This document shows positions 55,278-64,000 of a DNA stretch of 64,000 bases, piece after piece. The stretch comes from a virus. The notes beneath the pieces were generated by a model. It ran no database searches, had not been told where the DNA came from, and was given only the letters and a program-made list of their open reading frames with translations. Where the stretch lies: positions 1-64,000 of the IMG/VR virus record IMGVR_UViG_3300022700_000179. The stretch is one strand, 5' to 3'. The position numbers and the translations under genes were made by a program. Each line of letters begins with the position of its first letter. Positions within the stretch are counted from its first letter, which is position 1.

Positions 55278-57587
55278 ATGGCAACAGAGGGTAAAACGAG
55301 AGATGGACCGTCAATGACTCCAGAGGAGAAATACGCCTCTGAGTTGCTTGATACGGCGGCAAAGAAAAAGAATAAAAAACCCAAAAAGAAAAAGAAGACT
55401 GACCACGAAACCAACGTCCAGAAGTTTTTGCGTGACTTCTTCGAATTAGGGAAACCTAAGAAGAAGACCAAGAAAACTAGTCCCGGACTACCTGGTTTGT
55501 ATTGGAGAGGGGTCGAAGATTCACCCTTCTCTTATCAACCCGGTGGTGATGGTGGAGGGGATGGTGGGGGCGGTGGAAATGGTGGGTCGGCTGCGAGTGT
55601 TGCCGAGACCGAGGAGGAATTGATGCGCCAGCTCCGAAAGAAGATGGATCTAAAGGGCAAAAAGGCGGGTGGAGAGAACCCCTATGTTGGTTGGGATAAT
55701 CTTCCTAAGGGATGGACCAAAGAGTCCGTAGAGAAGTTCTGGGGTTCCCTGACTGGTGATCATGAGCACAAGTTCACAGAGTGCAGGAAGAAAATGGAAG
55801 GGAACGTAGACGATCCCGATGCTTTCTGTGCGTCGTTAAAGGATATGATGAAGGGTACTGAAGAGTGGCGGGGTAAAGGCAAAGGCGCTGCTAGTACCTC
55901 TTCACGACCGTATAGTGCTGATTCACTCGATGAAATGGGCTTCGATCCTGGACGTGCTCAAAACGAGTTCCGCCAAGAAACTGGACCGGTAGAAGAAGCC
56001 ATCCAAATCGAAGAAACCCCACCTACTGAAGTCGATCCCGAAGAAGTTGAGCCCGTTGACATGGAGGACGTATCTGCGAATCCTCCCCAAAGGGCAGATA
56101 TGGCATCAGGAGAAGAGACACAGAACGTGCCCGACGGGCCAGAAGCAATGGAGGATCCGCAGATGCAAATCCACAAGGGAACCGAAGAAATTTTTGAAGT
56201 AGATCCAAGTATGGTTGAGGAGCTAAACGTAGCCGTTGACCTGGAAGTTGGCGAGGACGATGAGGATGATTACGCGTCGCCTGTCCCGAGTGAAGGGGAT
56301 GAGATGGAAGCCGTAGAGGACGAGGAGGATGACCTGCTCGGTGACGAAGAAATTCCAGAGGTAAGCGACGAGGAAGTCGAGTACGAGCTGGAGATGGAGG
56401 CTCCTGAGGAAGATTTGGGCGAGATGGAGGAGGAAGATGAGCTGGAGGAGGCGTGCGGATCGAGAGGGGATCGCGCGAAGCTGTATAATTCTGAGCAGCC
56501 TGTCCTTGTAAAGGAAGATGATGTTGAAGTTGTTGATGAGGGACGTGGACACGCCGGTGCAACCCCTGATTCCCCGCCGACTACCTTAGAGCCCGAAGAT
56601 GCGGAGGCTCCTACACTCCCACAAAGCGACATCAAGGTACCTGCGATCGATCCTGCGGAAAAAGAGAGCACTGACGTGGTGTATGAGGTCGTAGTGCCTG
56701 CGTCGTCTTTAACGGACGAGTCGATCGATCGTATCGAGTTGGCACGCTACGGCGAGAACTCAGACGATCCAATGTATATCGTCCTCTTGGACGGCGATCC
56801 CGTTGCTAAGATTGCACTTTCAGACCAAAACCTCCCCGATGAGCACCGAGAGACCTTCCTCGATGACAACTATCCCAACTTTGTCCTTGAGGGCATGGAG
56901 CAGTTTGGTGTCCAGGCGACTTTGAAGACGGTTAACGCCCGTTTCTACGCGGCCCGTGCAAATGAGGGTGAAGTAGCCGAGTCGGTTAAGGCCCGTGTCG
57001 CCTCTGAGATGCACGAGGCGCGGCAGGTAGAGATCGGTCGGTTGAAAGACGATCTGCTGAATGTGGCCTCGGTAGTTCTGCAGGGAACTATGAAAAATTA
57101 CCTGTTGGACAACCCCCTGCGTGATGCACTGATCTCACGGTTCCATCGTGCCGGTGTGGATCCCAGTGCTGCGGTTGACGAAATTGACGATGCCTTCCGT
57201 TCAGCTGGCCAGGATTTCTTCAACACAGTTCTTGAAACAGCTGACGAGTGGCTCGGCCTCCCCAAGGAAGCCCTTGAGCACCATGTCCAGAAAATTCAGG
57301 AAATGTCGCATAGACATCCTGGATACGACATGGTTCAGGGTTACAACGAGGACGACATCCCCGAAGCAGTCGAGCCCACCCCGGAACCTCGTCAGTATGC
57401 TGCACAGGCGGCTGCACCTGCCCCAAGTGTGCCCAAGAACGTTCCCTTGCGCAGCGCGGCCCCACGAGCACCCTCCGGTGGTGGATTCAAGCAGGATAAA
57501 GAGTATTGGAAGCGTCAGCTGAACCTCAGCGGTCGTGTAGCGAACGCTTCTTTGGCTCAGTATCAGCTCCGTAACCCCAAACAGTAG
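55278..57587 (+). CDS. large acidic head protein, scaffold-like
   Basis: RBS AGGAGG; very Glu/Asp-rich; between portal and protease. Confidence 0.6.
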   Translation: MATEGKTRDGPSMTPEEKYASELLDTAAKKKNKKPKKKKKTDHETNVQKFLRDFFELGKPKKKTKKTSPGLPGLYWRGVEDSPFSYQPGGDGGGDGGGGGNGGSAASVAETEEELMRQLRKKMDLKGKKAGGENPYVGWDNLPKGWTKESVEKFWGSLTGDHEHKFTECRKKMEGNVDDPDAFCASLKDMMKGTEEWRGKGKGAASTSSRPYSADSLDEMGFDPGRAQNEFRQETGPVEEAIQIEETPPTEVDPEEVEPVDMEDVSANPPQRADMASGEETQNVPDGPEAMEDPQMQIHKGTEEIFEVDPSMVEELNVAVDLEVGEDDEDDYASPVPSEGDEMEAVEDEEDDLLGDEEIPEVSDEEVEYELEMEAPEEDLGEMEEEDELEEACGSRGDRAKLYNSEQPVLVKEDDVEVVDEGRGHAGATPDSPPTTLEPEDAEAPTLPQSDIKVPAIDPAEKESTDVVYEVVVPASSLTDESIDRIELARYGENSDDPMYIVLLDGDPVAKIALSDQNLPDEHRETFLDDNYPNFVLEGMEQFGVQATLKTVNARFYAARANEGEVAESVKARVASEMHEARQVEIGRLKDDLLNVASVVLQGTMKNYLLDNPLRDALISRFHRAGVDPSAAVDEIDDAFRSAGQDFFNTVLETADEWLGLPKEALEHHVQKIQEMSHRHPGYDMVQGYNEDDIPEAVEPTPEPRQYAAQAAAPAPSVPKNVPLRSAAPRAPSGGGFKQDKEYWKRQLNLSGRVANASLAQYQLRNPKQ

Positions 57588-57679
57588 TCTTTGATTTTTA
57601 GTCGTGCTCTGCACGCGGAGGCAGGGTTGAATCCAACCCTGCCTCCTTTGGAGGGCGCGAGCCACAAGGAGCAGTTTGG

Positions 57680-58510
57680 ATGTTGACTCTTCCCAATATA
57701 TATACAAGCTCTCACAGAATAGTTTCTAGCGGTCGCGGGATACATGTTGGTGACACTTTCTTTTCCCAAACACAGAATGGGGACATATATTACGATGAGC
57801 CTAATTTTATAGAGGGCCATCGGCTAGAAACGCTTCGCGCAAACGGCGGTTCTAGCATACGTATAGCTGGAACAGAACTAGGCAAAGTATCACAAAACTG
57901 TGCTTGCGGTTTTTTGGACGTGTCATGGTTACCTTTGGCCGCGAAAGCGTACAAGATAAGTCCCGATATTAAAGATTATGTCTTGGTAGACATCCCAATT
58001 GTACTGGCGAACGTACCTAATAGAAACGGCGACTGCTTTACTTACAAAGAACTCACTACCTTCCGTCCAATTATTGGCATGCCGGCGTTCAAGACGTTCT
58101 ATGGCAAGCCCGCACACCAGGATCACGATAATATGGATCCGACGCGTGCAAAGGGGGTTATTTTCGATGCAACACTTACCCCCTTCCGCGGCGTTTGGCA
58201 TGTAAAAATACTAAAAGGCTTCGACCGTACCAAGGATCCGCGTCTTGCAAAACTGGTTCGCCAGAAATCACGCATTGGCCATTCAATGGGTGCGTTGGTT
58301 GAGCGGACTGAATGCGGGTTACCATGGTGTAACTTCCATTCAGATGGGCGTATAACTTGTGACCATATTAATGGAGGTCAGGGTAAGGGGGATATTATTA
58401 AGGGACATCTAGTCTATGAGAACATGATGGACTACTATTTTGTGGAATGTAGTTCAGTAGAAGATCCAGCATATCCGATCGCTCTTTCTCGAGAAATATG
58501 GGGAGTGTAA
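57680..58510 (+). CDS. prohead protease
   Basis: GKPAHQDH, GVIFDA, HSMGA, ECSSVEDPA (assemblin/HK97-type motifs). Confidence 0.75.
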   Translation: MLTLPNIYTSSHRIVSSGRGIHVGDTFFSQTQNGDIYYDEPNFIEGHRLETLRANGGSSIRIAGTELGKVSQNCACGFLDVSWLPLAAKAYKISPDIKDYVLVDIPIVLANVPNRNGDCFTYKELTTFRPIIGMPAFKTFYGKPAHQDHDNMDPTRAKGVIFDATLTPFRGVWHVKILKGFDRTKDPRLAKLVRQKSRIGHSMGALVERTECGLPWCNFHSDGRITCDHINGGQGKGDIIKGHLVYENMMDYYFVECSSVEDPAYPIALSREIWGV

Positions 58511-58514
58511 CGAA

Positions 58515-59402
58515 ATGAATCCTCCGTCCCAGATAAAGTATAAGGGCACCATTTACAAGCTTAGATCTGCAGGGGATGTTCAGGTCTCTCCGGGCAGTCC
58601 AGTGGGACCGGAGGGGGTATTATTGATTGAACGTCAATACCCTACGGAATCTCGGGCATTGTATATCGACAACGATGGTGATTTCTTTGCCAAAATAAAG
58701 CTCAATTGGCACAAGAGTAATGTGTTTGACGAGTTAACATTTGATCTTTCTCCGGCAGGAGCGAAAGAGTTTTTTGATAGCCTCAAAACAGAAAGTGACG
58801 GTAAGCTGAGCGCTAAGATACCGGACGAGCAAGTTAGGCAATTGTGGGGGCCAGCTGTGCCAAAAACGCCGGAGGGTGTGGATCCCAAAAAAGTCATAGA
58901 TGTAAGTGGGCACTACATAAAGGTATCTGATCTTCCGGCTGACATAAAGCGGGAAGCTGCATACACATTTGAGGGTCTTCTTCGGGAAGAATTGGCAAGT
59001 ATAAGTAAAATAGAAGGTCGATTCTGCTCCGATCCTTTTAGCGTAATGGGCTTGCGCTACAATGTTCCAGAACATGTAGTTCAGCTGTTTGCAGAGACGC
59101 TTACAAACGCTATGAACGAGTATTTAAGAGAGCAATTCAACACACAGGCTACGGTAGACATAAATGTAGCGGACTCCTGTGGTCCTGTAGACGGGCATGG
59201 GGGTATATACGTATTCGGTAATGGTAGAGAGGAACTTAATAACTTACGTGTACATTTAGAGGGGAACGTTTTGTTACCTGTATGGCGGGAAGTGTGGAAT
59301 AGGTATCAGCAGGGAGAGATACCTGTTGGAGAAAAGCAAAGAGCGTTGGCTTCTTTCAAAGTCAAAGTACTAGCTGCAGTTCGTCCGGAGAACGGTCAGT
59401 AG
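58515..59402 (+). CDS. hypothetical protein with tag motif
   Basis: PSQIKYKGTIYKLR. Confidence 0.7.
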   Translation: MNPPSQIKYKGTIYKLRSAGDVQVSPGSPVGPEGVLLIERQYPTESRALYIDNDGDFFAKIKLNWHKSNVFDELTFDLSPAGAKEFFDSLKTESDGKLSAKIPDEQVRQLWGPAVPKTPEGVDPKKVIDVSGHYIKVSDLPADIKREAAYTFEGLLREELASISKIEGRFCSDPFSVMGLRYNVPEHVVQLFAETLTNAMNEYLREQFNTQATVDINVADSCGPVDGHGGIYVFGNGREELNNLRVHLEGNVLLPVWREVWNRYQQGEIPVGEKQRALASFKVKVLAAVRPENGQ

Positions 59403-59415
59403 GAGATACAGAATC

Positions 59416-60159
59416 ATGACACAAAAGACAAAAAATAGTGATTTGTCATTTAGCGAGCTTCTAAACCTGACTTCCGTTTCTGCGGCTAAAGGTGACAAGA
59501 AAAATAAGGTTAAGGACGAGCGGCAACCTGGATCAATTCCGGACGACATACGCCGTAGAATGAGTGATCCACTAGCCGATATTTTTTCAGAAAAGGGAAT
59601 GGATCTCTACGGAAAAGCCGTTTCTGCTATACAGAAAGAGTTAAAACAAATATTCGACGAGGGTATTTCAGACCTCAGCTCTGTTATCCACAAAAAGCTT
59701 GGTGAGTTTGGGTACGAGGAGTCGGTAGATCATTTCCGTCCCTGGATGTCTTCGATAATCGATGATGTCAAGGAAAAGGGAATGGGAGAGGTAACTGGTG
59801 CCCTTGAGGATATGCTGAGTCAGATGTCAACGGATTACGCAGAGGGCGAAGAAGAAACCGAGGGTGATGCACTACTGAGTGTAGATACCCCTGAAGTTGG
59901 CGACGAAGAGGTAGAGGTCGTTGAAGAGGAGAAGGTGGAAGAACCGGAAGAACCGGAAGCAGCTCCAGAGGGTGGCGAGGAGTTGGACTTAGGTTCCCTT
60001 CTAGGTGGAGAGGAGACCCCTGCAGCTGAAGCGTCCAGCAGTGGTGAGCGTAGATATAAACCCACGCCAGTTGTCAAGGAAGTTTTTGCGTCTTCTCGTA
60101 GGCGCCATCGCCTTTTGGAAGCGGCTTCTAATTGCCTTGATGAGTTGGACCGCGACTAA
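59416..60159 (+). CDS. acidic hypothetical head-region protein
   Basis: RBS AGGAG. Confidence 0.7.
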   Translation: MTQKTKNSDLSFSELLNLTSVSAAKGDKKNKVKDERQPGSIPDDIRRRMSDPLADIFSEKGMDLYGKAVSAIQKELKQIFDEGISDLSSVIHKKLGEFGYEESVDHFRPWMSSIIDDVKEKGMGEVTGALEDMLSQMSTDYAEGEEETEGDALLSVDTPEVGDEEVEVVEEEKVEEPEEPEAAPEGGEELDLGSLLGGEETPAAEASSSGERRYKPTPVVKEVFASSRRRHRLLEAASNCLDELDRD

Positions 60160-60171
60160 TCCAGGAGGCAA

Positions 60172-60648
60172 GTGATGCCCAAGATTCCAGAGGAGATACA
60201 GTATAAAGGGTGCCGCTACGTATTAGCTGGGCGTAAACGTGGGCGCAAATCTGCTACTATTAAGGACAGTGGCTACCGACACGATGGCATCTTGTTTTAC
60301 ATAAATGTTCTCTGCCGAAGTAAGACAGGGAACGACTTGCCGTCTAGATTTGCAACTAGAGTAAATACAATCCCGGAAGGTATCTCACTTAATGAGCAGG
60401 AAACCGTAGCTGCGAAAAAAGCCATTGGAGATAGTGGCAAAAAGAAAGACAGCAATCTGTGGCACATACTAGTACGAGATGAGGGTTGGTTTTGGGCGGA
60501 TGATCCTAAGAGTGTACAAAACGCTGTACCGATCCAGCAGACGTTGGATCTCGTTGAAAAGTATCGCGAGTGGGACCGCCCAGGAACCAATCCTTTAATC
60601 TATGCGGAGATCGTCACAAAAGTTGTTGGCGGCCGTAAAAGGGATTAG
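60172..60648 (+). CDS. hypothetical protein with tag motif
   Basis: PEEIQYKGCRYVLA. Confidence 0.7.
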   Translation: MMPKIPEEIQYKGCRYVLAGRKRGRKSATIKDSGYRHDGILFYINVLCRSKTGNDLPSRFATRVNTIPEGISLNEQETVAAKKAIGDSGKKKDSNLWHILVRDEGWFWADDPKSVQNAVPIQQTLDLVEKYREWDRPGTNPLIYAEIVTKVVGGRKRD

Positions 60649-60651
60649 TAC

Positions 60652-61707
60652 GTGTTAGTAGTCTCCTCTGACAATTTCTCTGACTACGTCAAGGAATACG
60701 ATCGCCGTGTTCTTGAGGGAATCAGTAAGAAAAATGAGGGAGAATATGGTGGTATAGACTTGATTGTTGAGGATTGGGGTGGGTCTCCCACTTTCCCAGG
60801 TATCGCACTCCTCATTAAAAGATTCGACTTGAATCTGCCTAGTACGGTAGAGGAACTGCAAGAAGATTTTGATGATGTGGCCGATCTGATTAGCTCGTTA
60901 GAGTTTAAGGTAATGAATAAAGTAGTTCGGCCTATTAACAATCTCAGTGAGGTAACAAGGGTAGGGGGCGTTTACTCCGTTGGATGGGATGGAAGAAAAC
61001 TAGCTCTTATGTTCAATGCCGGCCCATCTGAGGTAGAAGATCTAATGTCGGTGAAGGATAGGATAAACGTTGCTACTACACAGCAAGAAAATGCTGAGCT
61101 GCTCCGATGTGTACGTTCAGCGGTAGACCACATTAAGTCCGCGGACCTCGGCAGAGCTTCAGAGGTAGATGCTCAGCACCTCAATGAGGCAATAGACATA
61201 CTCGAAATATGTGGACTTTCAGACAAAACTAAGGACGTACGGTTGGCGCTCAAGAGTTTTGACAGCAACATAGAATCCGCTAGAGAGTATATTTATGGCC
61301 CTACTGGCCATGGCACAAACCGTGGCGCCCTGTACGATTTAATCACTTTCGCTGAGTCCCTCGAGAAAAATGTTGAGTCCGGACCGTTAGAGCAAGGTAA
61401 TTCCAGGAGTCTTCTAATGCACCCGATTTCGCCTTACATCGTCTATCAAGGTTCGGTATACAAGAAGGTAGCTTACGACCTCCCTAAGGATATGAAAGGC
61501 GTAGAAAAATGTAAGCCCGAGGATTTTGATCCTAAGCGTGATCCTGCCGACCAAGAATGGTGTACGTACAGTTACGACGGTAAACTGCGCGGTCGTTTTA
61601 GAAAGAAGAAGGACGCGTTACAGCACAAAGTATTTTTGATTAACATGTATTGGCAGAAGGGAAAGGGCAAGAATAAACCTAAGGGTAAATATTGGCGTAA
61701 GAAGTAG
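60652..61707 (+). CDS. hypothetical protein with internal tag motif
   Basis: ISPYIVYQGSVYKKVA. Confidence 0.7.
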   Translation: MLVVSSDNFSDYVKEYDRRVLEGISKKNEGEYGGIDLIVEDWGGSPTFPGIALLIKRFDLNLPSTVEELQEDFDDVADLISSLEFKVMNKVVRPINNLSEVTRVGGVYSVGWDGRKLALMFNAGPSEVEDLMSVKDRINVATTQQENAELLRCVRSAVDHIKSADLGRASEVDAQHLNEAIDILEICGLSDKTKDVRLALKSFDSNIESAREYIYGPTGHGTNRGALYDLITFAESLEKNVESGPLEQGNSRSLLMHPISPYIVYQGSVYKKVAYDLPKDMKGVEKCKPEDFDPKRDPADQEWCTYSYDGKLRGRFRKKKDALQHKVFLINMYWQKGKGKNKPKGKYWRKK

Positions 61708-61773
61708 CTGGCTACTTCACTTCATCCATCCGACAAAGTATATACTTACATTATAGTAGTCACGTAGAAGCCA

Positions 61774-61885
61774 GCGACATTACCCTGCAACATCATCACG
61801 GCTTCACCTCGCAACATCAGACGGAAGCAACATTAATCGAGACGGACACTGTTGGTCTGTCCGGACTCTGCGGTCAGCAACATCA
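61774..61885 (+). promoter_or_regulatory. five GCRACATYA boxes in the long leader of the capsid operon
   Basis: 61774, 61787, 61811, 61827, 61877. Confidence 0.5.
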
Positions 61886-62024
61886 TTTCAGAGCGCAGGT
61901 TTCGTCCAGGTCGACAGCTAACTGGGAGGCAAGATTAACATTGCTTAGTACCTCTCCACGTCCTGAAAGCAATTGACCTGGTTTCAGGTCGTATCTGTTT
62001 AACCTGTTTTTGGAGGAAAGCCAA

Positions 62025-62780
62025 ATGGCACTGCTTCCCAACGCGTCTGTGAAGACGAAGGTAGACTTCACTCGCAGCCGGTTTGAATGGAAGCGCCAGT
62101 TTGAGGTTGCCGCTACCGCGAATATCGTGGAAGAGGGGTCTCTGCTGCAGCGCATTCCTGACGCCGCCGGTCTGAAAGAGGTGGTCGATCTCAGCACGAA
62201 TGCAGGTTCCCTGCGTCCGGCTGGTATTTCCCTGCAATCTCGAATCTCTGCTACCACTTTCGCGTGGGTAGAGGAGGTCGTGGTTCCTAGTGGTGCGCCA
62301 TACACGGTGCAGCTCAGCAAGACCAACATCATCGATTCTGGTGGTGGCATCGCTGAGGCCGCTGCGTGGGACTACAACGCATCTGCGTACCTGAATGTAG
62401 TAGCGGGTGCTCCTCTTGGTACTCAGTTTGAGGTTGTCCCTCTAACTGGTCTTACCACATTCAACGTGGCCGAAGCGGGTCACAGCGTTCGTATGATCTA
62501 CCGCTACAACTTGACTGCTATTGAGCGGGATGAGTTGCTGCGGCAGTCGCACGTAAACCGCGGAGCCGAGGATCAGTTCGGTCTCATGACCGTCGCTCAG
62601 GGGCACTGCGTGGTTTACACGACCATGTATGATGCACAAGAGAAGTACCTAGTAGGGGACCAGCTGACTCTCGATAACAACGGTCTGTTCTCTAAGTCTG
62701 GGGCTACGAATTTTGGAGTGGTCATTTCGGTTCCGACCGCTTCCGATCCGTACCTGGGCGTTGAATACGACGCTGCTTAA
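62025..62780 (+). CDS. head decoration/cement-like structural protein
   Basis: RBS GGAGG; directly upstream of MCP; YLVGDQLTLDNNGLFS..GVV..PT..DPYLGV. Confidence 0.65.
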   Translation: MALLPNASVKTKVDFTRSRFEWKRQFEVAATANIVEEGSLLQRIPDAAGLKEVVDLSTNAGSLRPAGISLQSRISATTFAWVEEVVVPSGAPYTVQLSKTNIIDSGGGIAEAAAWDYNASAYLNVVAGAPLGTQFEVVPLTGLTTFNVAEAGHSVRMIYRYNLTAIERDELLRQSHVNRGAEDQFGLMTVAQGHCVVYTTMYDAQEKYLVGDQLTLDNNGLFSKSGATNFGVVISVPTASDPYLGVEYDAA

Positions 62781-62805
62781 TAGCTGATCCAAAGGAGACT
62801 TTCTA

Positions 62806-63951
62806 ATGAAGACTTTCTCACGGAAACCATCTCTTCGGGATCGGCAGGGAAACGATATCGCCCATGGTAAGGCCTTCAAGGCTAACCCCCGTACGGGTAG
62901 TATGTCGTTTTCTGACAGCACGCCGCTGGTCGGATCCAATGGAGAGTACAATGCAGGTAGTGACCGTCAGCTGGCCGAGGTTGTTGACGGTATCGTAAAA
63001 TTGGCTCGTCGTGGTGAGATTCACTACGAGGCGGGCACTGAAACCACTGCACAGGATGTGTCAGCCTGGAATCAGGAAGGCCATCTCGTGCAGGCAGCCC
63101 TGGCAGAGCGCGTGCCTTCGCAGGAAGGTCCGTTCCAGGTGCTTGGTGAAGTTTTCACCGACTCCGTTTCTGAAACCATGGGCCGCATGGGCTTCACCAA
63201 CAAGGTGGTAGCCCAGCAGGACGTGGCTGAGGGTGGAACGGCACGTGTGCGCATCCGCCAGAAGGATGTCACTTCCTGGCTGATGCTGACCGACGGTCAC
63301 ACCGTTGAGTCCCTCATCCGTCAGAAGTACATCTATCCACGTGGCTACAACATCGAAACCCTCGTTATGATGGGTGAGGATGAGATCCACGAGGCTGGTG
63401 CACAGATCATCGAGGAAAAGTACAACGATGCGTTGGAAGCCACGATGGTCCGTGACGACAACATTACTAAGTTCCTGCTGGACCAGGCGGCAGACACACA
63501 GAATGACGTGATTGCTTTTAACGCATTCACTCCGAATGTGTTTGTTACCCTGCGTAACCAGATCTGGCAGTGGAGCCTCCCCGTCCCGCATTGCCTTATG
63601 GCTATCGACTTGTGGGACGACTTGTTCGCTGACCAGGACTGGGCACGTTGGTATTCGCCAATCGAGAAGCACGAACTGGCAGTCGAGGGTAAACTCGGTC
63701 GGCTTGCTGACATCGAGATTATTACCGACGGCTTCCGTTATGACACCTTGCAGGTCCTCGACCCTGGCGAGGTTTACTTCTTGAGTTCTCCAGCAACTCT
63801 GGGTGTGAAGGCCAACATGATCGCGCTGAATAGCACGGTTGTTGACCAGCGCATGCTCGGACGCGCTGCTCGCGGGTGGTTCATCTTCCTGCGGCAGGCA
63901 ACCATCATCGGTAACGCTAATGGCGTTTCCAAGGGTATCCGTCTCTCCTAG
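62806..63951 (+). CDS. major capsid protein (HK97-fold, inferred)
   Basis: 381 aa, strong RBS, strongly biased codon use, last gene of head operon followed by terminator. Confidence 0.75.
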   Translation: MKTFSRKPSLRDRQGNDIAHGKAFKANPRTGSMSFSDSTPLVGSNGEYNAGSDRQLAEVVDGIVKLARRGEIHYEAGTETTAQDVSAWNQEGHLVQAALAERVPSQEGPFQVLGEVFTDSVSETMGRMGFTNKVVAQQDVAEGGTARVRIRQKDVTSWLMLTDGHTVESLIRQKYIYPRGYNIETLVMMGEDEIHEAGAQIIEEKYNDALEATMVRDDNITKFLLDQAADTQNDVIAFNAFTPNVFVTLRNQIWQWSLPVPHCLMAIDLWDDLFADQDWARWYSPIEKHELAVEGKLGRLADIEIITDGFRYDTLQVLDPGEVYFLSSPATLGVKANMIALNSTVVDQRMLGRAARGWFIFLRQATIIGNANGVSKGIRLS

Positions 63952-63967
63952 TTCGGAAACCTGATTC

Positions 63968-63999
63968 GTTCCCGGGGGAGCCACAACTCCCCCGGGAAC
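63968..63999 (+). terminator. terminator hairpin after MCP
   Basis: GTTCCCGGGGGAG-CCACAA-CTCCCCCGGGAAC; window ends before any U-tract. Confidence 0.7.
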
Positions 64000-64000
64000 T

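Noticed and set aside
63061-63984. 307-aa minus-strand ORF
   Set aside because: Antisense shadow of the codon-biased major capsid gene; no RBS or recognisable motifs

Overview
64 kb segment of a large (jumbo-type) tailed bacteriophage genome read in the standard genetic code. The right third (about 42.7-64 kb) is the virion/packaging module: lytic transglycosylase, large terminase, probable portal, acidic scaffold-like protein, prohead protease, head decoration-like protein and major capsid protein. The left two thirds is an accessory region rich in translation and RNA-repair functions: about 12 tRNA genes lacking encoded CCA, tmRNA, a CCA-adding enzyme broken by a deletion, GGQ release-factor-like and Pth2-like hydrolases, RtcB, and Ro60/TROVE with four tandem Y RNAs. 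It also holds ADP-ribosyltransferase-like genes, a type IB topoisomerase and a compact type V (Cas12m/V-U1-like) CRISPR effector with its array and no cas1/cas2. The least explained signals are: (1) a ~15-aa motif P-x2/3-[IVL]-x-[YF]-x-G-x2-Y-x2-A shared by 17 otherwise unrelated proteins, a candidate virion-cargo tag; (2) a 245-aa gene followed by a ~460-nt RNA with two circularly permuted tRNA-like domains; (3) a half-length paralog of the major capsid protein inside the tRNA cluster; (4) a kissing-loop RNA between tRNAs; and (5) divergent CRISPR repeats whose hairpins are kept by compensatory changes. All family assignments come from motif recognition by eye; no searches were run.
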